64,000 nucleotides of DNA from Octopus bimaculoides (Eukaryota): positions 130,640,117 to 130,704,116 of the forward strand of contig NC_068981.1 of assembly GCF_001194135.2 (NCBI RefSeq). The letters are read 5' to 3'. Below, in pieces: positions 1-11,861 of the stretch. Both the position numbers and the translations under genes were made by a program. Every line of letters starts with the position of its first letter. The first letter of the stretch is position 1. A model generated the notes under the pieces. The model saw nothing but the letters and a program-made list of their open reading frames with translations, searched no databases and was not told where the DNA came from.

Positions 1-18
1 CATTAGAGATATATATAT

Positions 19-509
19 ATGCATATATATGTTGGCTGGACCTTAAAAGCTCCAGACACACAAGTCCTGAGGACAGTTGATATCTTGAGTATTGAGGTGA
101 TGGTGTACAAGCACCAGTTACGTTGGACTGAACACCTTATTAGAATGAAGGATAGCAGGATCCCTAAGCAGATGCTATATGCAGAACTTGTGAATGGAAA
201 GAGACTATGGCAGAAACCCAGGCTGTGATTTAAGGACTGTGTCAAGTCCTCATTAAAGGCCTGTGATATGCTGGAGACTGACTGGGAGAACAATGCTTGT
301 CATTGCCAAAGATGGAGGAGCAGGTTAAGGAAGAAGTTGACACTTTTGAGAGAGCATGTATTCTGCATGAAGAACTTAAGCATGCTTCTCAAAAGCACAC
401 TGCTGGTGTAGTGAATAGGAAAAGCTTGGTTTGCAATGTTTCCAGTCATGTATGCTTGTCAAGAGCAGGGCTCATTAGCCACCAACGGAGCCGCAAATGC
501 AAAATATAA
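19..509 (+). mobile_element. RTE (BovB-like) LINE, decayed C-terminal ORF fragment
   Basis: QLRWTEHLIRMKDSRIPKQMLYAELVNGKR...KPRL*FKDCVKSSLKACD resembles the RTE post-RT motif LRWxGH..RM...R.PK..LY.EL..GKR. After a frameshift it ends in CNVSSHVCLSRAGLISHQRS (C2H2-like). Stop at 226-228, frameshift near 310. Confidence 0.85.
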
Positions 510-1444
510 GTTAGTCCTAGAGCGCACAATGTTTCTGAAGGTCAGCAATGGTTTTCTTTGGTCATGAGTGGATGGCCATCATATATACGTGTGCGTGTGC
601 GTGTGTGTGTGTGTGTGTGTTTCAGCAGGTGTTCCTACTCAAAACTCAGAACATAGCTGAATGCCTGTCATTTTCCCATCAGACACTATGGAGTCACGAA
701 ATTACACCTCAAACATTATAAAATATACAAACAAAACAAAATAAAATAAAATATAAACAAAAAAATAAATAAAAGAAACAATTGAGAAACAATTCTGTAT
801 CAAAATCTGAAAAGTAGTTGCAACCAATTTCTGACTGATACATGGTAAGATTTTGTGAGGCTTGTTACTTTAATATAGCATACTATTACGCAATAGTAAT
901 TAGTACAAAAGGTTGTAGTCTAGACTTTTAATTATTGCTACCACTAAGTGTTGACTGGGAATGCTTTTAATTGGCTTCAGTTTTCATCAAAACTAATTAC
1001 AACCGATGGTCAAGTGATAGAAGTTAGCCAATGATACAATCTTGATATTAAACTACCGTTCTTCATGGTCTGAGTGGTTTCCACTGACTTACTATATGAG
1101 TCAACACTTCAGCAGACGTCTAGATATATCTGAATCACTTCAACTTGACAATTCTAGCAGGTTGGGGAAGGAAAAAAAAAGATAAATAAATGAAAATCAA
1201 CAAATAAATCTTAGAAATTCCATTTATTTAAAACACTACAAATTTATCAAGAAAAAAATTTTTTTTTTAATGTCTAGACATTCAATTAGGGTAATGCTGG
1301 CATTTGCTGAAGAACATTATTAGTTTCAATTAGGATACAGAGTGACCATTGTCAAGAGGAATTATATATAATATGTATATATTATATACATAAACACACA
1401 CATATATATATATACTCACACCCACACACATACATATTTATACA

Positions 1445-1483
<39 letters not shown>

Positions 1484-1653
1484 NNNNNNNNNNNNNNNNN
1501 NNNNNNNNNNNNNNNNNNNNNNNNNNNNNNNNNNNNNNNNNNNNNNNNNNNNNNNNNNNNNNNNNNNNNNNNNNNNNNNNNNNNNNNNNNNNNNNNNNNN
1601 NNNNNNNNNNNNNNNNNNNNNNNNNNNNNNNNNNNNNNNNNNNNNNNNNNNNN

Positions 1654-1704
<51 letters not shown>

Positions 1705-1751
1705 AATACATATACACACATATACACTTACACTCACACACACATAAATGA

Positions 1752-2847
1752 GGATTCAAAATTCATAGGCTGACTATGAAGAAATGATGTTCGAGTTGTG
1801 AAATCTTGCACGCATCAATTTCAACCCTTCTTATTAATAACTACGTTGTTTCTTTCCAGGTAAACTGACACCTGATCCTTCAAAGAAGACATCAAAAGTA
1901 GTTAGTAGCAACTTCTCTTGAAAATGGACAAAATTTGGCATCCTGGTGTTATCAAGTATCTGCTGGAAAAGTGTTTAGCTCCCAAGGACAACACTGCAAA
2001 ATTAGGCAGCTGAATTCAGGATGGGAAGGAAGAGTCTTGAAGATGACCCAAGGTTTGGACATCCTGCAACTGCCATCACTAAGGAAAACATTGTGTTCAT
2101 TACATAGTGATGGATGACAATCAAACAGCCAATGCTATTAACATATTCCGCAAGAGAGTTGAGAATATTCTGTACAATGCACTTGGCATTATGAAGGTTC
2201 CTGCTTGGCAGGTGCCATATTTTCTGACATCTGATTGATAGTGCACCAGACTGACTACATCAAAGGAAAATATGACATTGTTTCAGGCAGATCCTGCTGG
2301 TTTCCTTGAATGTTTCCTAACTCAGGATGAGTGTTGGGTTCATCATTTTTAGCCAGAGACAAAGAGACAATCCAAGAAGTGCAAACACCCCCGCCAACCT
2401 ACTCCAAAGAAGGCCAAGGTTGTTTCATCTGCAGGAAAAGTGATGGCTTCAGTTTTTTGGGATGCAAAATATATACTGTTTATTGACTATCTTCAAACAG
2501 GCCAAATCACCAACGGAGAGTACTATGCCAACTTGCTGAGGCAGTTATGAAAGGCTATCAGACCAAACAGCCAGGAAAACTGATGAAAAGGGTCTTGTTT
2601 CATCAGGACAATGCTCCAGCACACAAGTCCTTGCTTTCAATGGCTGCTGTACATGACTGTGACTTTGAACTGGTTGATCACCTTACTTATTTTCCTGATT
2701 TGGCCTCATCTGTTCCCCAACATGGAAAAAAAAAAAAGAATAAAAAAAACACTTGGCCGGAACAAGTGTCACAGTGATGACAATATCACACCTGCTGTTG
2801 ATAGCTTTTTTGAATAAGAGGATGAAACCTTCTTCATCAATGGGATT
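1752..2847 (+). mobile_element. mariner (DD34D-type) transposon relic, pseudogenised transposase
   Basis: ATG at 1924 (MDKIWH). Motifs across frames: SLEDDPRFGHP, TQDECWVHHF, PKKAKVVSSAGKVMASVFWDAK, YYANLL, VLFHQDNAPAH, YFPDLAS. Many stops and frameshifts; 3' end lost at the gap at 2848. Confidence 0.9.
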
Positions 2848-2869
2848 NNNNNNNNNNTATATATATATA

Positions 2870-3886
2870 TATGAGATACAGTTTGGGTTTGTGCCAGGGA
2901 AAAGCACCACTGATGCTATATTTCTGATAAGACAGCTGCAGGAGCAATACCTAGCCAAAGATAAGCCTCTGTACCTGGCTTTCGTTGACATGGAGAAAGC
3001 CTTTGACAGGGTCCCCCAATCCCTTATCTGGTGGTCAATGTGGAAACTAGATATAGGTGAGTGGTGAGAGGTATACAAGCCATGTACAGGGATGCTGTCA
3101 GTAAGGTGAGAGTTGGCAACGAGTATAGTGAAGAATTCCGGGTAGGGGTAGGGATCCACCAAGGTTAAGTCCTCAAACCCCTTTTATTTATCATAGTCCT
3201 CCAGGCAATAACAGAGGAATTCAAGACAGGATACCCCTGGGAGCTTCTCTATGCTGATGACCTTGCTCTAATTGCTGAGTCACTATCAAAACTAGAGGAG
3301 AAGNNNNNNNNNNACCTTGCTCTAATTGCTGAGTCACTATCAAAACTAGAGGAGAAGTTTCAGGTGTGGAAGCAAGGTCTAGAATTGAAGGGCCTTAGAG
3401 TCAACCTAGCTAAAACCAAAGTCTTAATAAGTAGGAAGTCGCAGGTACAAACTCCACAAGATGGACCCGGTGTAAGCTATGGACACATAAGAGGTGCAAC
3501 AATATCAAAGGAAGGCTAACTGGGAAGATAGTTTTGTGTGTGGAAAATGCTCAGGGGCAATAAACACTGAAAATGTGCAAAAAACACCTTCCGTCACATG
3601 CCAAGGGGAAAAAACTAGAAGTAGTTGATAGCTTCTGTTGCCTAGGTAAAAAGCACCATTGAACCATGGTCAATGGCAGTACCGCCTGACTGGCCCTCAA
3701 GCTGGTGGTACGTAAAAAGCATCCACTCCACTCTCGGAGTGGTTGGCGTTAGGAAGGGCATCCAGCTGTAGAAACTTTGCCAGATCAGATTGGAGCCTGG
3801 TATAACCTTCTGGCTTGCCAGTACTCAGTAAAACTGTCCAACCCATGCCAGCATGGAAAGCAGACATTAAACGACGACCATGATGA
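2870..3886 (+). mobile_element. RTE-clade LINE fragment (RT core plus 3' tail, internally deleted)
   Basis: QFGFVPGKSTTDAIFLIRQLQEQYLAKDKPLYLAFVDMEKAFDRVP; ELLYADDLAL (YADD 3250-3261); VVDSFCCLG near 3620-3648. It then jumps to the 3' UTR (gtggttggcgttaggaagggcatccagctg...ttaaacgacgaccatgatgat). Confidence 0.92.
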
Positions 3887-4356
3887 TATATATACATATA
3901 TTTATATATGTGCCTGTGTGTGTTGGGTGGGGGTGCTTCCTTTCTATTTATTATACTTTCTGAAAATCTGAGAATAACATAATTTTCTTTAACTGGTCAA
4001 TAGAGTTGGCTGTAATGTAGGTGATGCTACAGAAATTCACACCAAGATATAACTATAGTAACCTCAAACCTTAATATGACCCAATGAATTCCAGATCCAA
4101 AAGAAAAAAAAAAACTTATCATAGGATACTTTAATAGTGCACATATATGGCTTATCAAATGGAGAAAACTGCAAAGTTGTATTCTAGAAAACATAAAACT
4201 CCATTGTAATATCAGTTAGACATGTCGTTTATCCCTGACTGAGCAGATGTCACTTAAAACTATTCTATTAGAGACCATTCCATTTGACTTCTAAAGTACA
4301 GTGAACCCTGGACCGCACGACCCAAAGTGTTCTTTGTAAAAGTGGCAGGATGTGAT

Positions 4357-4566
4357 TTAACCCTTTTGATACAAATCTGCCTGAGACTGCCCTTAGTTTT
4401 CACAATACAAATTTCCCATTTTGAAGTGATCTAAATTAAAACCTTCCATCAAAATTTCACATTAATTTATGCCTCAAATACTAACTAATAATGACTTCAT
4501 TATTTTCAAAATTAATTTAGATAAAGACAGTGTATTTCAGTGGAAATATGGCAATGAAAGAATTAA
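4357..4566. mobile_element. piggyBac-type MITE, family 2 (degenerate)
   Basis: TTAA-CCCTTTTG left end, degenerate right end before TTAA. Interior is homologous to 40820-41034. Confidence 0.55.
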
Positions 4567-5234
4567 GAAAGGTTTGATTGCTATTAACAATCCCACTGGT
4601 CTCAGCTGCACTGTGAAGGTCATGTGCACTGCTCCTCCTCCTCCTAAAACAAAACAACAAAGGTGTGCAATAGTAGACTTTACGCAGCATTGCTAGCAGC
4701 TGTTGGATGTGAAATAGGTTAACCCATATAACAGTTAGAATAACAAACAAGTTAACAGTCATAGTGTTTCTATTAGTTTTGTTATTTAACCCCCAGGATA
4801 ATCCTAATCTAACAAATCTGAGATCAAAGGCATTTCAACCATGATCATCATGTCATTTTCCTATGTGCAAGGGAATTCAGAGTCATCTTAACCCATTTTT
4901 AAGACAGTAAGCAGTGGTTTGAGAGCGATTTGATTGTTATTTCTAGCAGATTAAGAGATCACAAAGAAGCTCCCTTGTTACTGACTTGTTATACAGAGAT
5001 GGTCAACTCACCAAAAAAGAGTCATGTTTGTTACACGACTTTGACTCTCATTTGAAATATTTCATGTAATTTGCTCCTCATGTTTCTTCTGGTTAGACAG
5101 CTGGAACCTCTCAGTTAAAATGTCTTTTAATACATTATTTAGCTGTTGTTTTGCTCCAAGTCAGAACCAATAATTGTGTTCCAGATAACATGAACATACC
5201 ATCTTTTGTACACTTAGGACTACATTGTCTAATG

Positions 5235-5564
5235 CAGTGGTTCTTAACGGGAGTGGTGGTCCATATAAGATTTGGAAGACTCCATGCAACAAATTAGTAA
5301 ATTGTCCACAATAATATTTTAAGGGCCTGTAAAAAAATTTTGCGTTAGATATGTATTGGTATGTATTGCAAGACACAGCTAGATTTATTTCTCCAGCATT
5401 TTACATGGTCCAGCTTTCACAAGTTAATGTATGAAAAACAAAATAGGAATTTTGAAAGTTTCTATAAAACTAGTTTTTAAACATCAAATAGCTATGGAGG
5501 TCCACCAGAATAAAATAGTAATCAAAGGAGTCCATAGATAAAAAAAAATAGTTGAGAACCCCTG
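5235..5564 (+). mobile_element. hAT-type MITE
   Basis: Termini cagtggttcttaac / gttgagaacccctg. Interior is homologous to the reverse complement of 14150-14505. Confidence 0.8.
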
Positions 5565-6327
5565 TCTTATGTGTCAACTCTTTTGTTACCCAGAGCAGGA
5601 GCAGATGTCAGGATCCCAGCTATGGGTTTAAATAGCATATAACCACCTGAGCCAGGGTATGTTGAAATCATGGGATGCAGCACAGTGGATGTGAGTTATT
5701 TCAGTAAATAAACTTATTGGATTAATGGCGAATATCACTAGATGCTGACTAGATGAACAGACAATAAACTATCCATGGACAGGATCAACCAATTCAGTTG
5801 GTGAACTACTGCTGTTATTTGTAGTGGTGGTGGTAGTGGTGTGCACAGATGAGATATTTCAGCTAATGAAAGACTAATGTGACTAAAACTAAGACCAGGC
5901 ATTCATGCTGCATCACTCACTCAGCACACCTGGTGAGGAAAAGTTGCATTGGCCCAGGTAAGTCAACCAACAGTATGATGATTATTTTAGGCGATAGTAC
6001 AGTACACCTCACAGCTTGTTGTATTGTGACATAACACTTGACCAATGATGGATTAATTAGATGGAGAAAAGATTAAGGCTCACAGGTAAGTGAATTTACA
6101 CCAGCACACATATTTTGCTCTCATAGCGAGATGGTGTATTATTCTTTTTATTCTTTTACTTGTTTCAGTCATTTGACTATGGCCATGCTAGAGCACCACC
6201 TTAAATGTTTTCTTTTTTAGTTGAAGAAACCGACCCCAGAACTTATTCTTTGTAAACCTAGTACTTATTCTATTGAATCTCTTTTGCTGACCCACTAAGA
6301 TACGGAAACATAAACATACTGACATCA

Positions 6328-6637
6328 AGTAGTTGTATGCTGTCAACTTAATGTGACAGTCCCCTGAAGGGAATAATACTGCTGTTGGTTAGACCTAGGA
6401 AGCTGCACCACTTCCTGTCGGCCTTGACACATTTCCTGTGTCCTTATGTTTACAAGGGGGAGACAAGCACCTCCACCCAGCTAAGCCTGCATCCAGAGAC
6501 ATGTTTCTGAGTCTTTGCTCGTCATCAGTCTGGAGTAGCATGACTTGCTAGTCGAAGATGCCTGTCGAGCTGTTGTAAACATATAATTCTAGTGAAATAC
6601 ATTCACTGATTTCAAATTTAAAAATATTTATTTCTAA
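6328..6637 (-). mobile_element. Hammerhead-bearing 310-bp insertion (Penelope pLTR fragment or retrozyme-like)
   Basis: Unrelated to the flanking SINE. Flanked by the exact 12-bp direct repeat atactgacatca (6316-6327, 6638-6649). Contains a hammerhead core. Confidence 0.7.
6492..6534 (-). ncRNA. Minimal type-I hammerhead ribozyme motif
   Basis: Minus strand reads UCCAGA-CUGAUGA-CGAGCAAAGACUCA-GAAA-CAUG-UC-UCUGGA. It has a 6-bp stem I, intact CUGAUGA and GAAA boxes, GAG/CUC stem II, palindromic ACAUGU stem III and a GUC cleavage triplet. Confidence 0.7.
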
Positions 6638-6979
6638 ATACTGACATCAGTTGTCAAGCGATGGTGGTGGTGGTGGGGGGGGGGGACAAACACAGACACA
6701 CTCACACATATATGACGGGCTTCTTTCAGTTTCTGTGTACCAAATTCACTCACAAGGTTTTGGTTGGCCCANNNNNNNNNNCGGGCTTCTTTCAGTTTCT
6801 GTGTACCAAATTCACTCACAAGGTTTTGGTTGGCCCAAGGTTATAGTATAAGACACTTGGCCAAGGTGCCACACAGTGGGACTGAACCTGGAACCAAGTG
6901 GTTGGGAAGCAAGCTTCTTACCACACAGCCACACCTGTACCTGTATGTAATAAATTTGTTGAAAATTCATTTATTGAAA

Positions 6980-7095
6980 CTAAAACCAAATCAGATTGGA
7001 ACCTGGTGTAGCCATCTGGTTCACCAGTCCTCAGTCAAATCGCCCAACCCATACTAGCATGGAAAGCGGACGTTAAACGATGATGATGATGATGA
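6980..7095 (+). mobile_element. RTE LINE 3' tail fragment
   Basis: atcagattggaacctggtg...ccaacccatactagcatggaaagcggacgttaaac(gat)n; same tail as 3700-3886. Confidence 0.8.
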
Positions 7096-7410
7096 ATTTC
7101 ATTGTTGTTGCTATTTTAACATCTACTTTTCCACACTTGCATGGAACAGACAAAGGTCTGTGAGGGCAGAGTTTTCTCCAGTCAGATATTCTTGTTGTCA
7201 ATCTCATTCCCATCTCTACCTGTTTCTAAGCGAAGTAATAATATCAGTCTACCAAACAACAGACAGTCCATGTTTCCTGTGGAGAACCAAAAACAAATGT
7301 CACCATATATATTTACAAAGATTGCACAACATATCAAGTCACGTCAAGAAGCCTGGACATGTTTTCATGGTGAACTGCAAGCAAATGACGCAGTCAGTAG
7401 GCTGTTGTTT
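7096..7410 (-). mobile_element. SINE body with RTE-type tail (same family as 26180-26410 and 60680-60930)
   Basis: Shared internal segment and ttttccacacttgcatgg tail in reverse orientation. Confidence 0.6.
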
Positions 7411-7624
7411 AAAAACCAGTAAATGTGAGGGAAATATGAACTCAATGATATAATTGGCACATAATGTGTTACCAAATCTCAAAACACACACTTAGAAACA
7501 AAAATTAAGTTAGGAACTGTTGATGTGTCAGTATCATCTGTTGTCCACAGTAGTTGATTTTTAACATTTTATGAGGCAAAATGTATTAATGCTTATCTTA
7601 AAACTGCTTGTATTGTTACAGGAT

Positions 7625-8030
7625 AGAAGTAAGTGTGGTTAAGAAGCTTGCTTCCCAACCACATGGTTTGGGGTTCGGTCCCACTGTGTAGCACCTTGTG
7701 CAAGTATCTTCTACCATAGATTTGGGCTGACCAAAGCCCTGTGAGTAGATTCGGCAGATGGAAACTGAAAGAAGCCTACTGTGTATATGTATATATATTT
7801 ATCTATGTGCGTGTGTGTGTGTCCTTTGTCCCTGTCCACCACTGCTTGACAACCGGTGCAATATATTTACACCCCTATAACTTAGCAGTTTGGTGAAAGA
7901 GAACAGCAGAATAAGTAACAGGCTTAAAAAAAAGAAAAGAAAGTACTGGGGTTGATACAATTGACTAAAACCTTTTCAAGGTGGTGCTCCAGCATAGCCA
8001 CAGTCTAATGACTGAAAGAGGTAAAGAAGG
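7625..8030 (+). mobile_element. CORE-like SINE (family A), near full length
   Basis: gtggttaagaagcttgcttcccaaccacatgg...gcaccttgtgcaagtatcttc...ggaaactgaaagaagcc...gtggtgctccagcatagccacagtctaatgactgaaa. Confidence 0.9.
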
Positions 8031-9429
8031 ATATCAAATGTCTTTTTTCTATTACTGTAAATTCATGGGTTGATATGCTTGTAGTGGGCACCTCATGCAA
8101 CAAGAAAAGGCTTCATGTTTCTTTGGTTTCATTAGAATCTATCACAAAACAATATGCTGCCAATAAACCAAAGCTACTGGTGATAAACATGCCTTTTTCG
8201 TTTTTTAATTAAAGATGCCTTTGGAGCTATTTGGCTGATATGTCTAGCAAGTGAAGTAACTGCATGACAATGCCACTGGTATTTCAGTTTCACACCTGTA
8301 ACACTCTCCATATTACAAGTCTTTACTGGTTGGGTAAACTACTGAGTGAAGTAGCCCAACAAAACAATGTTCTGAAATTAGAAACCAATACTGTGTTTAA
8401 GAGAACAACAAAGCAGCATACTTTTTTTCTAATGGCAACTTGCTTGAATTATTAGAGCCAGGTGGAGGGAAAGGGTTTTCAGAAACAAGGGGTACTGACA
8501 GGCAACAACGCTACTTCACTATCAACTTTCCCACCCACATGTGAACATACATATATGTATAAATAAATATATGTATGTATATATAATCTTATAATGTCAT
8601 GAATTCCATTAAAACTTCCTCACAATGTCAGTGCTAATAAATTCTGCCCACGTCTTCCTAGTATTCCTCATTCTAACAGACATCATTATCATAGATTTCA
8701 TACATAACTTCCACACATGTCTCTAAACCAATTTCAGCACAGGCTGTTATTCAAGAACTTTTAAACAGCTGGTCTCCTACTTCTTAGCAGTGAGGAGTTT
8801 TGTTCTGATACTTCTAAATATCCTAGGAATAATATTTCACACCTGTAGGGAGTTCAAGGGCACACACTAGGCAGAATCAAGGTAAAAGGAAAAAAAGAAA
8901 GAAATCTAGTATGAAGCAGACGTATATGCATTAGGGTGAGTTAGAGCCATATTTTCGATGAACCAGTGGTACATTTTAGAATGAATAAAAGTTACCAAAA
9001 GATATGATGCCAGCAATTGATGAATTCAATGACACATTATTAAAACATCTACAGCTGTTGCCAACAGATGTAATTTACATAACATTTAGTGCAAATTCAA
9101 TTAACAGCTCACTATTGTACTCAGTTACTTCACTTCTACTTTCATATAGTGAATACAAGGCACTGAGAGAGCCTCTTTGCAGTCGAGCAACCTGCTAAAA
9201 ATAGCAGCCAAATCTTCATCAAGTTACACCTGACAATCTTAAGTAAAGGAGATATTGAACTATGTAGAACATAATATGCAACATTGAATCTTAAGAACCA
9301 ATTTACTCATTCCTCTGCTGGGCAGGCAAAGTTTGCTATTAATCCACTAGAGTAAATTTACTTCAGTTTGGGAACCTTTGCTTTACAAAATCCATAGTAC
9401 TGCTTGAGTATCTTGAAAAACATGTTTAG

Positions 9430-9810
9430 GTACTACAGCCATGTAAAAGCACCCATGCCTGTGCCATGTAAAAGCACCCATGCCAGTGCTATGGGAAAGT
9501 CCCATGCTGGTGCCACATAAAAGCACTTGTACTGGTGCCATGTAAAAGTGCCCATGCCGGTGCCATATAAAAGTGCCTGTATTGGTGTCATGTAAAAGCA
9601 CTGGTGCTGGTGCCTTGTAAAAGCATCGGTGTAATGCCACATAAAAGCACCAAGCACAACCTGTCAAGTGGTTGGCATTAGGAAGGGCATCCAGTACTAG
9701 AAACCATGTCCTAGACAAATGGAGCCCAGGCAGCTCTCTAGCTGGCCAGCTCCTGTCAAACCGTCCAACCCATGCTAGCATGGAGAATGGACATTAAATG
9801 ATGATGATAA
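9430..9810 (+). mobile_element. RTE 3' end with internal ~25-bp tandem array
   Basis: About 8-9 units like catgtaaaagcacccatgccggtgc (9440-9655), then gtggttggcattaggaagggcatccag...ttaaat(gat)n. Confidence 0.8.
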
Positions 9811-10384
9811 ATATGATCAAAACTTCCCATGCAATATGTACAAGTCATTTTATTTTTTTTTATTTCATCTTCAAATGTATATTGTATGGATGTTAGACAA
9901 TGGACATTAAAAGCAAAAAGCAGAAAAAAGGAACTCAAAACACTGAGATGAAATTGTTGGCATTTAAAATGAGATGCTTTTGCCAAATTTCTGGCATTAC
10001 ATGGAGGGCCTACTGGACAACCAGTCAGTCTTAGAATGACTTAATGTGCTGGTTAGAAAAAGAGAATGACTTACGGATAAAACAAGAAAATGCAGTGGTT
10101 TGGTTATATTGGTAGAATGACTGGGCTACTTGCAAATACACACATATTTGGGGGAAAATAGAAGGTAAAAGAGAGTGACTAAAGGGACTGAATTCAAAGA
10201 TACTGAAATGCAGACTGGCGAAGAGAGCATCAGAATGTATTATAAAGAAAGCCCACGACTGAAGTTGGTAGAGAATATTGGTGTAAAAAAAAAGTTTTAA
10301 GTTTTCCAATGGCAGAAAAGTTTTGAGAATGACATGACTTGGCATCAAAAAAAATCAAGAAGATTTGTAGCCATTGCCTTAGAC

Positions 10385-10627
10385 CAGCGTTTCTCAACCG
10401 GGATTCCCTGGAACCCTTGGGTTCCGCAAAAAGTTCCTAGGAGTTCCGTGAGAAAAAGTGAGAAAAGCTAATGTTAATTTCATGATCATAATATAACTAT
10501 ACATGCACAACATATCATTGTTTATTGTAATATTGGAATACAGACATCATTCTATCTAACCTATAATATTATCAAAAAAATATAACAACCATTGGGGATA
10601 TATTTAGTGATGTCTGTAATTTGTGGA

Positions 10628-10672
<45 letters not shown>

Positions 10673-10690
10673 TGATATTTACTATGTGAA
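10385..10690 (+). mobile_element. hAT-type MITE, left portion
   Basis: cagcgtttctcaaccgggattccctggaacccttgggttccg left terminus; right end not found. Confidence 0.5.
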
Positions 10691-11477
10691 CTACAATGAA
10701 AAAATACGAGAAATGTATGGCATATAATCTTTTGTGTTGCCCAAGGTGCCATACAGTGGGACTGAACCCAGAAGTTTATATGTAAATATAAGGAAGGTAG
10801 GATAGTCAATATCGGAACATCTTTGATCACAGGTTTGCACAATCAGGAAATTTACTGTCTTAAAAGTGTCCATAGTGTATGCTTTGTCACATGTTACTCC
10901 AGAATCATAAGTTTCATTTGGAAATGGACAAATATCACACATGTGCATGCACCACACACACACATGCACACAAACATTAAGATGGTGAGTGGACAAGTGA
11001 CTGGCCTACTACCTCCACTTCTGTTGAACTGGTACATCCTTTCAATCAATTAAAGCTAATAACTGTTATCAGCTAATCAACAATAATTAATATAATTGAT
11101 GCTTTTTTCTTCTTTGAAATTCAAACCCTTATAATACAACAAAAAAGTGGAGGAGATTGAAATTTTGTATCAATGGTTAGAAGGAAATTCTTAAAAGATT
11201 CTCCTGTCTAGACACAAAATAATAAGTGACAAATGGGATCAGGAAAAATTATCTTCAAGATACTAAGTTTAATTATCCCAGAGCTTAATGAAAAATGAAA
11301 AATTGCAATAAAAAAAGGTGAAGTAATAAATAAGAAATATGACTAAATTGTCATAGTTTAGCCATATTGAAAGAGACTTGAAGAAAGTTAACAGATGTTA
11401 TTGCCAGGAGTATGCTGAAAAATTAATTCAAAAGCCTAGTTCTATGACATCACAACACTATTGCTGCTGTTGCTACT

Positions 11478-11861
11478 GTTGTTGGCACTCCAACGCTTAC
11501 GACGTCGAGGATTCCAGTTGATCCGATCAACGGAACAGCCTGCTCGTGAAATTAACGTGCAAGTGGCTGAGCACTCCACAGACACGTGTACCCTTAACGT
11601 AGTCCTCGGGGATATTCAGCGTGACACAGTGTAACAAGGCTGACCCTTTGAATTACAGGCACAACAGAAACAGGAAGTAAGAGTGAGAGAAAGTTGTGGT
11701 GAAAGAGTACAGCAGGGTTCGTCACCATCCCCTGCTGGAGCCTCGTGGAGCTTTTTGGTGTTTTCGCTCAATAAACACTCACAACGCCTGGTCTGGGAAT
11801 CAAAACTGTGATCCTATGACCGCGAGTTCGCTGCCCTAACCACTAGGCCATTGCGCCTCCA
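11478..11861 (-). mobile_element. tRNA(Arg)-like-headed SINE (family B), full length
   Basis: rc head tggaggcgcaatggcctagtggttagggcagcgaactcgcggtcataggatc (TCG anticodon position) and (caa)n tail. Possible 7-bp TSD cactatt. Confidence 0.9.

Larger units (their letters stand above)
6141..6936 (-). mobile_element. CORE-like tRNA-derived SINE (family A), split by a 310-bp insertion
   Basis: Head (rc) ggctgtgtggtaagaagcttgcttcccaaccac...ggttcagtcccactgtgtggcaccttggccaagtgtctt; tail gactgaaacaagtaaaagaa. Interrupted at 6328-6637. Confidence 0.9.

Noticed and set aside
3260-3360. Direct repeats flanking 10-N gaps (also about 6716-6837, 33118-33225, 59270-59403)
   Set aside because: Identical sequence on both sides of a fixed-size gap indicates unmerged contig overlaps, an assembly artefact.
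5940-6095. Two perfect plus-strand CAG|GTAAGT donors (about 5958 and 6086)
   Set aside because: The candidate exon before the first donor has stops in all three frames and the spacing to the next acceptor is too short; no support without RNA data.
9440-9655. Possible CRISPR-like array (also 43052-43161, 24013-24170)
   Set aside because: Units are contiguous with no unique spacers, and there are no cas genes in this animal context.
11790-11861. tRNA-Arg-like sequences (also 22720-22781, 58192-58245, 60100-60160)
   Set aside because: They are SINE heads lacking an acceptor-stem 3' strand and continuing into the SINE body.
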